Assembly: GCA_027028625.1 (NCBI GenBank)
Contig: JALVIH010000036.1
Coordinates: 1 to 62,685 of the forward strand
Length of the DNA: 62,685 bases
Source: a bacterium
GTDB taxonomy: Bacteria; Patescibacteriota; Microgenomatia; JAADGY01
Reading direction: 5' to 3'
The notes beneath the pieces were generated by a model. That model ran no database searches. It was not told where the DNA came from and worked only from the letters and a program-made list of their open reading frames with translations. This document shows, piece by piece, positions 1 through 8,396 of this stretch; the first letter of the stretch is position 1; each line of letters opens with the position of its first letter. The position numbers and the translations under genes are program-made.

Positions 1-192
1 ACGGTTCCATTGCTTATTTAAAAACTTTATTACGCATCCATAAAGGTATGAATTTATCCTTACGACATAAAATTACAGATGAGGTTCTGAGAGAATTACC
101 AACTAAAAAATTTCATTAAGTCTAAAAATAAAAACTATTAATCTCCCAAGATTAACGGAGATAACCAACTTCGGAGGTTGATTAATTATGGC

Positions 193-795
193 TTACTCAA
201 ACTTCCTTTCGTCTTGGCGCTCGTGCTCGAAGCGGGCCGAGGTTAGGCCAACTTTTAATTCTCGGCGGGCGGTTTCCCACCAGCTTTGTTTCTTTCCCTC
301 CTGCCACAATTGTTGAAGATCTGCTAACTTTTTAGCAGATAGCCCTTTCAACTTAGCTTGGTCCCACTCCTGACTAGTGAAGGTAAAGATGAGAAAACGG
401 CTTTTCACCGGGCGGCGGAACTCCTCCGCTTCAGCCTCAACCTTTTTGAATAAATCGCGGGCTGGATTGAGGCTGCCGCTGGCTAGAGCCAGCTGGCGGA
501 TCCAACGGCGCAAAGTCGTTTCCTCTCTGGGAAGGTGGTCCACTAAAAACTGACTAAAAGGCGGCAAATCATCTTTAAACCCCAAACCGCGAACGATGAT
601 TTTTTGGTCCTTCTCCACCAAAGCGATTACCTTTTTCTTAACCAGCCAATAAATCTGGCTGAGAAATGCCTCTTCAAACATCAAATCGCCATTAATCATT
701 GTCCCTTGAGGAGAGCGCCAGTTAGATGGCTGAGAGCCCTTTAGCAGCTCGCCGGAAAGGAGATAAAAATAGGTAGCTACTGACTTGTCCTCCAT
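193..795 (-). CDS. hypothetical protein (200 aa)
   Basis: Uninterrupted 200-codon ORF with an ATG start. I recognise no domain. A TAAAAT -10-like hexamer lies 6 nt upstream of the ATG. Confidence 0.55.
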   Translation of the reverse strand: MEDKSVATYFYLLSGELLKGSQPSNWRSPQGTMINGDLMFEEAFLSQIYWLVKKKVIALVEKDQKIIVRGLGFKDDLPPFSQFLVDHLPREETTLRRWIRQLALASGSLNPARDLFKKVEAEAEEFRRPVKSRFLIFTFTSQEWDQAKLKGLSAKKLADLQQLWQEGKKQSWWETARRELKVGLTSARFEHERQDERKFE

Positions 796-819
796 AAGCT
801 TATTTTATATCATAAAATT
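796..819. promoter_or_regulatory. 24-bp divergent gap with back-to-back -10-like hexamers (minus TAAAAT at 802-807, plus TATCAT at 808-813)
   Basis: Each hexamer lies 6 nt from its ATG (795 on minus, 820 on plus). There is no room for a Shine-Dalgarno leader. Confidence 0.35.
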
Positions 820-1119
820 ATGTTGCTCAAAATCTTTCGCCCCGGCCTCAACCGTCAAATCCTCATCGGCTTTGGAGTAGTTATCTTGGGTATTTTTCTC
901 ACCCCTTTCCTCATCGGCGTACCCATCTTCATTCTCGGTTGGCTAATTATCCTTCAAGGCTTCTTCGTCGAACTCTTCAATCGCTGGCGGCAAGCGGCCA
1001 ACTGGCTCGAGTTACTCGGCCTCAGCCAGTTGCCGGAAGAAGCCCAAAACAAAATCCGAGCTTATCTTCTCGTGATAGTGGTAGCAATTTCTTTGGCTGC
1101 TCTCTTCCTTCTCCGCTAG
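820..1119 (+). CDS. small integral membrane protein (99 aa, about 3 hydrophobic segments)
   Basis: ATG-started ORF with hydrophobic stretches GFGVVILGIFLTPFLIGVPIFILGWLIIL and LLVIVVAISLAALFLL. Confidence 0.5.
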   Translation: MLLKIFRPGLNRQILIGFGVVILGIFLTPFLIGVPIFILGWLIILQGFFVELFNRWRQAANWLELLGLSQLPEEAQNKIRAYLLVIVVAISLAALFLLR

Positions 1120-1793
1120 TCGGCAAAGTAGGCTTTCATCTTTCTTTGGACCTCTTTCACCAATGGTTGGACATCAGGCTGGTTGTTAATCGCTTCTTGG
1201 GCATATTTAGGCGGAAACATCTGCTTAATCGAGGTAACATATTTATCCCCTTCCTTCGGCTGGTAAACATCCTGGACTTTCAACTGGTCTCCTTTTCGTT
1301 CAAGAACAAAGAGAACCGGCTCGCTAACTCCGGCTCCTTCCTCAATTTTGCCCTCCGGAGTGTGGGTATATTCTTGGCAATAAATCCAAGCATAAGCGCG
1401 GACGGCATCGGGTTTTTCATTCCACCCATAAAGGTAATGGGCACAAAAGACCTCGCCCTTGCCGCTGGTAAGGCTAAACAATGACTCCTGAGATAAAAAG
1501 TCATCAATGGCCTTCTTTATTTTTCCCTCTGGAGAATGAGAAGTAGGGGTCGGCGAGAGACTAGAGGCGGGAGAAATGTGTCCCAAAGTAGGAGTAGGCT
1601 GGGGTGAAGAAATAGGAGAATGTTCCCTTTTGAGCGATAGTTTCTTAGACCTTGAGAATAAACCGATGCCAACAACCACTCCAAGAAAAACAATGCTGGC
1701 TATCAGCCCGCTTATCCACAAAAGCTTTGTTATAATTCCGCCTTTCATCATTGCTGTTAAGATTATTATAACCAAAAATCTCAAATAAAACAC
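1116..1793 (-). CDS. membrane-anchored hypothetical protein
   Basis: 225-codon ORF with a GTG start at 1793; ATG alternatives at 1751 and 1748. It has an N-terminal TM segment followed by a Pro/Ser/Thr linker and a globular C-terminal part. Confidence 0.55.
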   Translation of the reverse strand: MFYLRFLVIIILTAMMKGGIITKLLWISGLIASIVFLGVVVGIGLFSRSKKLSLKREHSPISSPQPTPTLGHISPASSLSPTPTSHSPEGKIKKAIDDFLSQESLFSLTSGKGEVFCAHYLYGWNEKPDAVRAYAWIYCQEYTHTPEGKIEEGAGVSEPVLFVLERKGDQLKVQDVYQPKEGDKYVTSIKQMFPPKYAQEAINNQPDVQPLVKEVQRKMKAYFAD

Positions 1794-1864
1794 TGAGGGC
1801 AGAGCTGGAATTGGCCTAATTATTGACTAAAGAAAAAAAGGACATTAGAATAATAATTGAACTA

Positions 1865-2572
1865 ATGAAAAATAAACAGGCCGTCATTTTAGCTCTAGTT
1901 TTAGTTTTGCTAGGGGGTTTGTTCTTAGTCACTAAAAACAGAAGTAAGCCGCCTTCTTCCAAAACCCAGCAAACAGCCTTGGACCTAGCCCATAAAAACT
2001 TGAGGGAACTTACTGGAGAAAAAGAAAAAAGTTCTTTTGATGGTGAGATTAAGAAAGAGCAAGAAGTTACCCTTAAGTTTCTAATGCACGATTACAGCCA
2101 GGTCCCTAAAAATGCCAAGTCATTCCAAGAAATAAAAGAGAGCTTAAAACCATTAGAGGGGCAGGCCAGTTTTAAGATTAAAGAAATAGGCGAAACTACT
2201 CAGGTAAGTGCTTTAAATAAAGCTAGGCAGGGAAAGAAATTTTATTACCTTATCTTTGAGTTTAAAGGAGACCCTTCAATTCCCCAAAATGGTTTAGTCC
2301 ATCCTCAGTTTCTCCAGGAAACCGGCTGGGATCCAGCCCCTCAGTTCGTAGCTATTATCAACGGCAAGGACCATTATTCTAAATCTCTTTACGCCAGATC
2401 ACTCCTTAAAAGCAAGGGCTATAACCCACCCTTAGGTAGTACTCCTCTAAATTCGTCAGAGTGGACTACTCAAGCAGCGGTCTGGATAGTTGAGGACAAA
2501 AGCCAGCCAACCTTAGCTCTTAAATACATCGCCCCTGACAAGAGCGTCCATTATCTCAAGGTAAAAGAATAA
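1865..2572 (+). CDS. membrane-anchored hypothetical protein
   Basis: The ORF is open from 1823 (TTG). The first ATG at 1865 gives MKNKQAVILALVLVLLGGLFLV, a signal anchor. No known domain. Confidence 0.55.
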   Translation: MKNKQAVILALVLVLLGGLFLVTKNRSKPPSSKTQQTALDLAHKNLRELTGEKEKSSFDGEIKKEQEVTLKFLMHDYSQVPKNAKSFQEIKESLKPLEGQASFKIKEIGETTQVSALNKARQGKKFYYLIFEFKGDPSIPQNGLVHPQFLQETGWDPAPQFVAIINGKDHYSKSLYARSLLKSKGYNPPLGSTPLNSSEWTTQAAVWIVEDKSQPTLALKYIAPDKSVHYLKVKE

Positions 2573-2613
2573 GAACTTAGCTTCTCTCCCCCATATTTTG
2601 TTATGATATTAGA

Positions 2614-3762
2614 GTGAAGAAGAAAACTCGAATCAAAGTTGACATTCGTTCCCTCTTTTTAAGTGGAACCAATGTTCGAGGTATTGGCCGCTACACCAAC
2701 TTTCTGGAAAAAATAGCCCATCCTGAGATAAGTTTCATTCCTCATCAGCCTAGTATTGATTACTATTTTCTCAAATTTTTAAAAGAGGCTGAAAGAACAC
2801 TTCCTAAAAACCGGCTTACTTTCAAAATCTTCCATTCTAGCCAACTAGCCACCATCACCCTAGAAAATCTGGTTTTAAGTTTAACATCCCAATCTTCTTA
2901 CCTTTATCACTTCCCAAATATCTACCTGGCTCCGCCAATCCTCCCCAGAGGTAAAATTATCCTCACTCTCCATGATCTTATTCCCCTCGAGTATCCGGAA
3001 GAACATCTCAAGGGGGGTTTATTCAACAAAACTATCTACCTTCATAACCTCAAGCTTTATTCTCAAAAGGCAACAGTAATTTTAACCGTTTCCTACGCTA
3101 GCAAAAAGCACCTCTTAAACCACCTCAAAATTCCTCCAGAGAAAATAAAGGTTGTTTACAACTCTATTGAGGATATTTTTTTCACTCCCAATCCCTACAG
3201 AAAACCCAAACCTTACATCTTATACGTTGGTGGGGTTGACTATCGAAAAAACATCCCAACTATTATTAAAGTATTTCATCGGTTAAAAAAGGCTGGGTTA
3301 ACACAACATCTTATCTTAGTTAGCGCCGATATGCTCTCCCAACGCAACTCGGAAACCACAAAAATCTGGAGATTAATTCGAAAGCTGAACCTTAAAAACT
3401 CGGTTATTATCAAGTCCCACTTACCAGATCATCAACTTCTCAAACTCTACCAACAGGCCCAACTCCTTCTTTTCCCCAGCTTAGCTGAGGGCTTTGGCTA
3501 CCCCCTAGTTGAGGCAATGGCCAGCGGCTGCCCCGTAGTAGCCTCCAAGATCGACGTCTTTCAAGAAATAAGCCAGGGAACAGTCCTTTTAGCTCCACCT
3601 CAAGATGAAGAAGCCTTAAGCCAAGAAGCTAAAAAAATTATCCAACAACCCCAGCTTCGAGAAAAACTAAGCCAAGAAGCTAAAAAGAAAGCCCGAAAAT
3701 ATTCCTTTGCCCAGTTCCAAAAAGAGATGGTTAAGTTATACTTTCAACTTCTGAATCAATAA
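2614..3762 (+). CDS. glycosyltransferase family 1 (GT4-type)
   Basis: C-terminal GT1 motif FPSLAEGFGYPLVEAMASGCPVVAS. GTG start. 382 aa. Confidence 0.85.
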   Translation: MKKKTRIKVDIRSLFLSGTNVRGIGRYTNFLEKIAHPEISFIPHQPSIDYYFLKFLKEAERTLPKNRLTFKIFHSSQLATITLENLVLSLTSQSSYLYHFPNIYLAPPILPRGKIILTLHDLIPLEYPEEHLKGGLFNKTIYLHNLKLYSQKATVILTVSYASKKHLLNHLKIPPEKIKVVYNSIEDIFFTPNPYRKPKPYILYVGGVDYRKNIPTIIKVFHRLKKAGLTQHLILVSADMLSQRNSETTKIWRLIRKLNLKNSVIIKSHLPDHQLLKLYQQAQLLLFPSLAEGFGYPLVEAMASGCPVVASKIDVFQEISQGTVLLAPPQDEEALSQEAKKIIQQPQLREKLSQEAKKKARKYSFAQFQKEMVKLYFQLLNQ

Positions 3763-5178
3763 CCGCCAACGATACTCGCCAAACTCTCGAAGTCGTTTAA
3801 ATAAATTCTCTCTGGTTAAACTTTTCAAGAAAATTCTTACGGCCAATCTTTCAGAACGGCGGGGGTTTAATAACTCTTTCTCCAAACGCTTAAGTAAGCT
3901 CTGTTGCCACTTTAAAAACATCTTGAAAAGCTCAAGAACTTCCTCCCTTTTCATCTTTTTATCCTCTACATACTTATTCCCTATCTTCCGGAAACCTTTA
4001 AGCCAAAGCCGAGACTTAAAGTTCTTGTAATCCCGCAAGATCTTATCTAAACCTCGGCTAGAAACAGGAAAGATATCCTCTTGAGTAGTTTCTATATCAC
4101 TGAACTCACCATTATGGACCACTATATATTTGCCACTCCACATTACCCCGATGCTCTTAGGATGAAAAGTGAAGGTAACTGGCCGAGGAGAAAGTTGTTT
4201 TCTCCCAGCAACTATCGCCGGCATAATATCTATTAAAGAAACAGCCTCTTTATTTACAATCCTTTTTGCTTGTTTGGGTTGTTTAATTATCAACGGCACT
4301 AAACTTAAAACCGGATGCGCTAAAATCCCATGACTAAAGAATATATTTTCCTCTCCCATTAACTCTCCATGATCAGCCGTAAAAACCAGTTGACTGTTAT
4401 TAAAAAGAGCTTCCTTTTCTAGAAAGTGGCAAAAAGCACCAACATTTTTATCTAGTTGATAAATTCCCATATCGTACTTGGCTATATACTCAGCCACTCG
4501 CCTCTCGTAATCTTCTCCCTGCATTATAGCTTGATACTTAGGCATAACTTTGAATGTTTCCAAGGTTTCGGCTGTCACCCCACGAAAAGTAGTTGGAACC
4601 AACTTGTCTACCATCCGATTATCTTGGCGGTAAAGCTCATCGCCTTTAAAAATAGAATCCAACTGAGGCACATAAGGACCATGAGCTTCCATTAAGTGAA
4701 TGACTACAAACAACTTATCTTTTTTATGCTTTTTAACAAAATCCTCAACTGCTGTCAAAACTACCTCTGCTTTTTGGTATAACCAAGCTGGCCGGTTTAA
4801 TTCTTCCTCTGTTAAATTATCCCAAAAATAATCAAAAAACTCATTGAGGTTAGTTTTGAGGCTTGAAGTAACGATATTAGCTGTAAACATAGCGGTGGTG
4901 TAGCCTTGTTTCTTCAACTCTAGTAGGGTAGGGAAGTCATCCTCTTCAAATCGGCCACTGGTGAAGGCATTGGACAACTCAATCGGGTACTTGCCAGCAA
5001 GGATTGAAGGCACTGAGGCTAAGGTGTAAGGAGCTGGAGCAAAAGCCCAGTTATACACCTCAGCCTGTTTAGCCAACTTGTCGATATTAGGAGTTGTTTT
5101 TCTCTGATATCCATACAAACTCAAATGATCCTTCCTGACCGCATCCAAGATAAAAAGAAAAATATGTTTTGGACCCAT
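3736..5178 (-). CDS. sulfatase-like hydrolase/transferase (alkaline-phosphatase superfamily)
   Basis: N-terminal FILDAVRKDHLSLYGYQRKTTPNIDKLA, plus TADHGE and MEAHGPY metal-site motifs. The Cys/Ser-x-P-x-R FGly motif is not canonical (SVPSI). Confidence 0.75.
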   Translation of the reverse strand: MGPKHIFLFILDAVRKDHLSLYGYQRKTTPNIDKLAKQAEVYNWAFAPAPYTLASVPSILAGKYPIELSNAFTSGRFEEDDFPTLLELKKQGYTTAMFTANIVTSSLKTNLNEFFDYFWDNLTEEELNRPAWLYQKAEVVLTAVEDFVKKHKKDKLFVVIHLMEAHGPYVPQLDSIFKGDELYRQDNRMVDKLVPTTFRGVTAETLETFKVMPKYQAIMQGEDYERRVAEYIAKYDMGIYQLDKNVGAFCHFLEKEALFNNSQLVFTADHGELMGEENIFFSHGILAHPVLSLVPLIIKQPKQAKRIVNKEAVSLIDIMPAIVAGRKQLSPRPVTFTFHPKSIGVMWSGKYIVVHNGEFSDIETTQEDIFPVSSRGLDKILRDYKNFKSRLWLKGFRKIGNKYVEDKKMKREEVLELFKMFLKWQQSLLKRLEKELLNPRRSERLAVRIFLKSLTRENLFKRLREFGEYRWRLLIQKLKV

Positions 5179-5251
5179 GTTAATTATTTAATTTAACTCC
5201 TCATTAAAATGTTTAAATTAAAAATTTCAAATTTCAAATTAAAAATTATCC

Positions 5252-5944
5252 CTACCAATACCCTAACTTCCTTAATCTTTGCATTATCTTTTCTTTGGTG
5301 GCTTCCCGTCCAGCTCGCTCTGGGGCATTAGGATCATCTACTGGTTTGGTAAAAGGAGCTTCTCCTAGTGATTTATAGCCTTTATCATACAAAGAAACAT
5401 AGGGTACATTGTAGGTTTTTATGTACTGCCATATATCATCTAAAGTAAAGTGAAGAATAGGATGGACCCGAGTATGGGTTGATCGAGGAGAAAAATATCT
5501 TTCCTTTGAACGAGCAGGATGTTCATCCCAGCGGATGCCAGAAATAAAAGCCTTAATCTTGTATTTATCTAAAGCATAGTTGATAGCATTGATCTTGGCT
5601 ATTCGCATTATCTCCATAGCCTCATCTTTGTTACCTTCTTCCATAGCTTGATGATAAGCAGTCAGATCTTCATCAAGATGTTTTATCCATAACAAGTCTA
5701 GATTCCATTCTTTTTGATATTTTTTAATAAACTCATAGATTTCTTTAAACTCAATAGTTGAGTCATTAAACATTACCTTAAAGGGTACCTTGCCATCAAA
5801 CACCTCCCTTACCAAATGTAAAACCACTGTTGAGTCTTTGCCTCCAGTCCAGGCTACAGCAATCTGATCATGGGGCCATTTATTAGCTGCTTGTTTTATG
5901 ATTTCGAGGGATTTTTGGATTTTGTCGGCTAAGGTCATCTTCAT
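5252..5944 (-). CDS. PAPS-reductase/CysD-like ATP pyrophosphatase family protein
   Basis: PP-loop-type WTGGKDSTVVLHL and a C-terminal ERAGR...LRKLGYW tail resembling CysD/FAD-synthetase-like members. Confidence 0.75.
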   Translation of the reverse strand: MKMTLADKIQKSLEIIKQAANKWPHDQIAVAWTGGKDSTVVLHLVREVFDGKVPFKVMFNDSTIEFKEIYEFIKKYQKEWNLDLLWIKHLDEDLTAYHQAMEEGNKDEAMEIMRIAKINAINYALDKYKIKAFISGIRWDEHPARSKERYFSPRSTHTRVHPILHFTLDDIWQYIKTYNVPYVSLYDKGYKSLGEAPFTKPVDDPNAPERAGREATKEKIMQRLRKLGYW

Positions 5945-5974
5945 AAGGTATTATAGCGTAGATTTAAGTAAGGA

Positions 5975-7831
5975 TTATCTAATCTTAAGATACTCTTTCT
6001 GGCAGGCATCTCGCAAGATAATAACGTCAGTATACTTATACATCCATCTCAAGGCCCTGAAGGCTTTATCTTTGGGAAAGGCCTGATAGGCGCATCGGTA
6101 AAAAACATCCTTGGCCTTTCTTTTTTGGTTATGGCGGAGATAAAAGGCAGCTAATTTTAGATAGGGCCGCGGCGAAACTAAAGGATTAATCTCCACCGCC
6201 TGCCGATATCTTTTCTCCGCCTCTCGGGGCCGACCCTTTGCCTCAGCAATAATTCCCAAGTTATACTCTATCTCTCCCAAGTAAGGGTAGATCTTCTCCG
6301 CCCGCCTCAACCAGTATGAGGCTTTATCCAAATCTTTCAGCCTCATATAACCAAGACCGGTAAGAAAATAGTTGCGGTAGTTGAAAGGATAATATTTAAT
6401 AGCCAACTGGCTTTTTTCTAGCCATTGCTTTCTATTTAATTGCCGCTGACCTAGTTCTGCCCGCAGTTGGGAGGAAAGCCTCATCCCTAAAATCACATAA
6501 ATAACCACCAGACCAATTAAACCGATACTACTCTTCATTAAAAGAGGAGAAACATTTTTGGCTTTTTTCTTATCTTCACTCAGGCCTATAATTACCCCCC
6601 CTATGACTACATACCAAAATACAAGGGAAACGAGAGACAAGTCCATATCAATCAGTGAATGAAGGCTCTCAGATAAAAATCCCCAAGTTAACAAAAAAGC
6701 CAGCATTCTTTTATCTCTGCTTCCTCGACCACTAGTTACAAAACTCAGACCACACCATATAATCCATCCTACCCAAACTAGCCACAACAAGCCTACTACC
6801 ACTCCTCCTTCGGCTGCTAACTGCAAAGGCTGACTGTGAACAAAATTAACCATAATCCAGGGATGGTTCTGAATCAAACGGTAGTAGTAACGAAAATCAC
6901 CCAGGCCAACCCCCAATAATGGCCGCTGGCGAATAACCCTTAAAGTATCTCTAAAAGCAATTAACCGATACTCCCAACTAATCGAGGCCGGACCTCGCGA
7001 TTGGTTCTGGCCTTTAGATTCTTCTATTAGAACCTCAGTATGACCAGTAACCATCTTAACAATATGGCGGTTAAAAATAAGCATAAAGGAAAAAGTAAGA
7101 ATAAATGCTAATCCCACTTCCTTCCAACTGAGAAAAAAGTATTCTCTTACTTTCTTCTTAAGCCCCAACCAAAATAACAAAAAGAACAGAGAGATCAACC
7201 AAGCCAGCCAGCTGCCGCGAGAAAGGGTCATACTCAATAAAGCCAAACTAGTAGCGTAAACTAAAATGTAAACCAAGCGGGCAGATTCCTCCTTTTTCTT
7301 ATAAGCCAACCATAAGAGGGTAGGGGAGACCATTAGCAACCAGCCACCCATTTGGTTATGCCAATAAAAAGGGCCGCTTATCCGAGGAATTCTACCTAAC
7401 CCATAAGCTTGAAGGTTAAACCAGCTGATTAAGAAAAAAATAGCTAAATAAATTAGCATTCCAACCGCTGCAAAAGAAAAAATGTCTTTACCTTTCCATT
7501 CCTTACTTATTTCTTTCATTTCTAGGAAAACAAGAAAAAGTAAGCTATAGACCAATCCCCACTTTAAGGTGGTCCACTTATCGATGGCAGCCGCGATCAA
7601 ATTGGCAATTACCAAAAAATTAAAGCCCAGCCAAATTAAAAAATCTCTTTTTCTCCATTCTCTTACAAAAAGAGCGCCTATCCCCACACTTAGCCAAAGA
7701 CCTAACAAAAGTTGTGAGTTAAGATCTCCAGCTCTGGACCAAAACCAGATAGAGACGACTAAAGCTACACCTAGAAGGAGTTGGAATAAAAAGCTTTTTT
7801 TCAACTTAATCAACAAACTTACGGCAGACAA
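5975..7831 (-). CDS. O-antigen ligase/polymerase-like (Wzy_C) polytopic membrane protein with C-terminal TPR repeats
   Basis: At least 10 hydrophobic segments, an LSRGSWLAWLISLFF motif typical of the Wzy_C family, and C-terminal TPR-like repeats (YNLGIIAEAKGRPREAEKRYRQAVEINP). Its start overlaps the pilin stop by 13 nt. Confidence 0.7.
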   Translation of the reverse strand: MSAVSLLIKLKKSFLFQLLLGVALVVSIWFWSRAGDLNSQLLLGLWLSVGIGALFVREWRKRDFLIWLGFNFLVIANLIAAAIDKWTTLKWGLVYSLLFLVFLEMKEISKEWKGKDIFSFAAVGMLIYLAIFFLISWFNLQAYGLGRIPRISGPFYWHNQMGGWLLMVSPTLLWLAYKKKEESARLVYILVYATSLALLSMTLSRGSWLAWLISLFFLLFWLGLKKKVREYFFLSWKEVGLAFILTFSFMLIFNRHIVKMVTGHTEVLIEESKGQNQSRGPASISWEYRLIAFRDTLRVIRQRPLLGVGLGDFRYYYRLIQNHPWIMVNFVHSQPLQLAAEGGVVVGLLWLVWVGWIIWCGLSFVTSGRGSRDKRMLAFLLTWGFLSESLHSLIDMDLSLVSLVFWYVVIGGVIIGLSEDKKKAKNVSPLLMKSSIGLIGLVVIYVILGMRLSSQLRAELGQRQLNRKQWLEKSQLAIKYYPFNYRNYFLTGLGYMRLKDLDKASYWLRRAEKIYPYLGEIEYNLGIIAEAKGRPREAEKRYRQAVEINPLVSPRPYLKLAAFYLRHNQKRKAKDVFYRCAYQAFPKDKAFRALRWMYKYTDVIILRDACQKEYLKIR

Positions 7832-8355
7832 ATGTAGTAGTTACCATTATTTATCTCGTCTTCAACAAAAGACCAATCTGCCGCATGCTTAGCCGATTCC
7901 TTTTTGAAGGAATTGGAGGATGGTTTGAAACAAGCATAAACACCTTCTACATCGCCATCGCTTTGGGCGCCGGCTGGGTCAACATAGATATAAATATGAT
8001 TTTCTGGCTTAGAAGCATCGTTTACTAGTCGGGTCTTAAAACCTTTTTTAATTTCCTTGGTATCCACTAAGTTCTTTAATAGGGAATTAGCAAGTTCTGT
8101 GTTAACTGCATGTAGACCTCCATCCGCTACTGCTTGAACATCAAAGGGGTATTCCTCTTGGGAAGCATAATACCTATCTATGGCATTTAAGATTTGGGCT
8201 GCATCTGACCTCTTCTTAGTGTCTCGACCTTTATTTATTTGTTCAAGAGGGTTAATAGAAGAAAGCACCGCCACTGCTAAAACACCGATCACTGCAATCA
8301 CTACTAATAACTCAATCATTGTAAAACCTGGCATTTTTATTTTTTTAAGTAGCAT
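7819..8355 (-). CDS. type IV pilin (prepilin with class III signal peptide)
   Basis: N-terminus MLLKKIKMPG/FTMIELLVVIAVIGVLA, with the G|F cleavage site and Glu5. Two C-terminal Cys. Strong AGGAGG Shine-Dalgarno upstream. Confidence 0.85.
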   Translation of the reverse strand: MLLKKIKMPGFTMIELLVVIAVIGVLAVAVLSSINPLEQINKGRDTKKRSDAAQILNAIDRYYASQEEYPFDVQAVADGGLHAVNTELANSLLKNLVDTKEIKKGFKTRLVNDASKPENHIYIYVDPAGAQSDGDVEGVYACFKPSSNSFKKESAKHAADWSFVEDEINNGNYYICLP

Positions 8356-8396
8356 AAGCTCCTCCTAAACTCTTTCTATATTACCAATGTAAATCA

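Noticed and set aside
3-119. A possible 3' end of a plus-strand gene running off the left edge (…AYLKTLLRIHKGMNLSLRHKITDEVLRELPTKKFH*).
   Set aside because: Only 39 codons are visible and there is no recognisable motif. It cannot be distinguished from a chance open frame.
939-1484. Long antisense or alternative-frame ORFs from the six-frame track. Examples: 939-1484, 4456-4695, 7569-7892, 11009-11209, 16252-16470, 18460-18822, 19674-19922, 31423-31853, 36355-36570, 53803-54108 and 62326-62640.
   Set aside because: Each lies inside, or opposite to, a longer ORF with clear family motifs or better context. Their compositions are typical of shadow ORFs.
3613-3690. A 19-nt direct repeat taagccaagaagctaaaaa inside the GT1 gene (LSQEAKK duplicated).
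   Set aside because: It is a small in-frame duplication in a Lys/Glu-rich C-terminal tail. Nothing suggests a regulatory or mobile feature.
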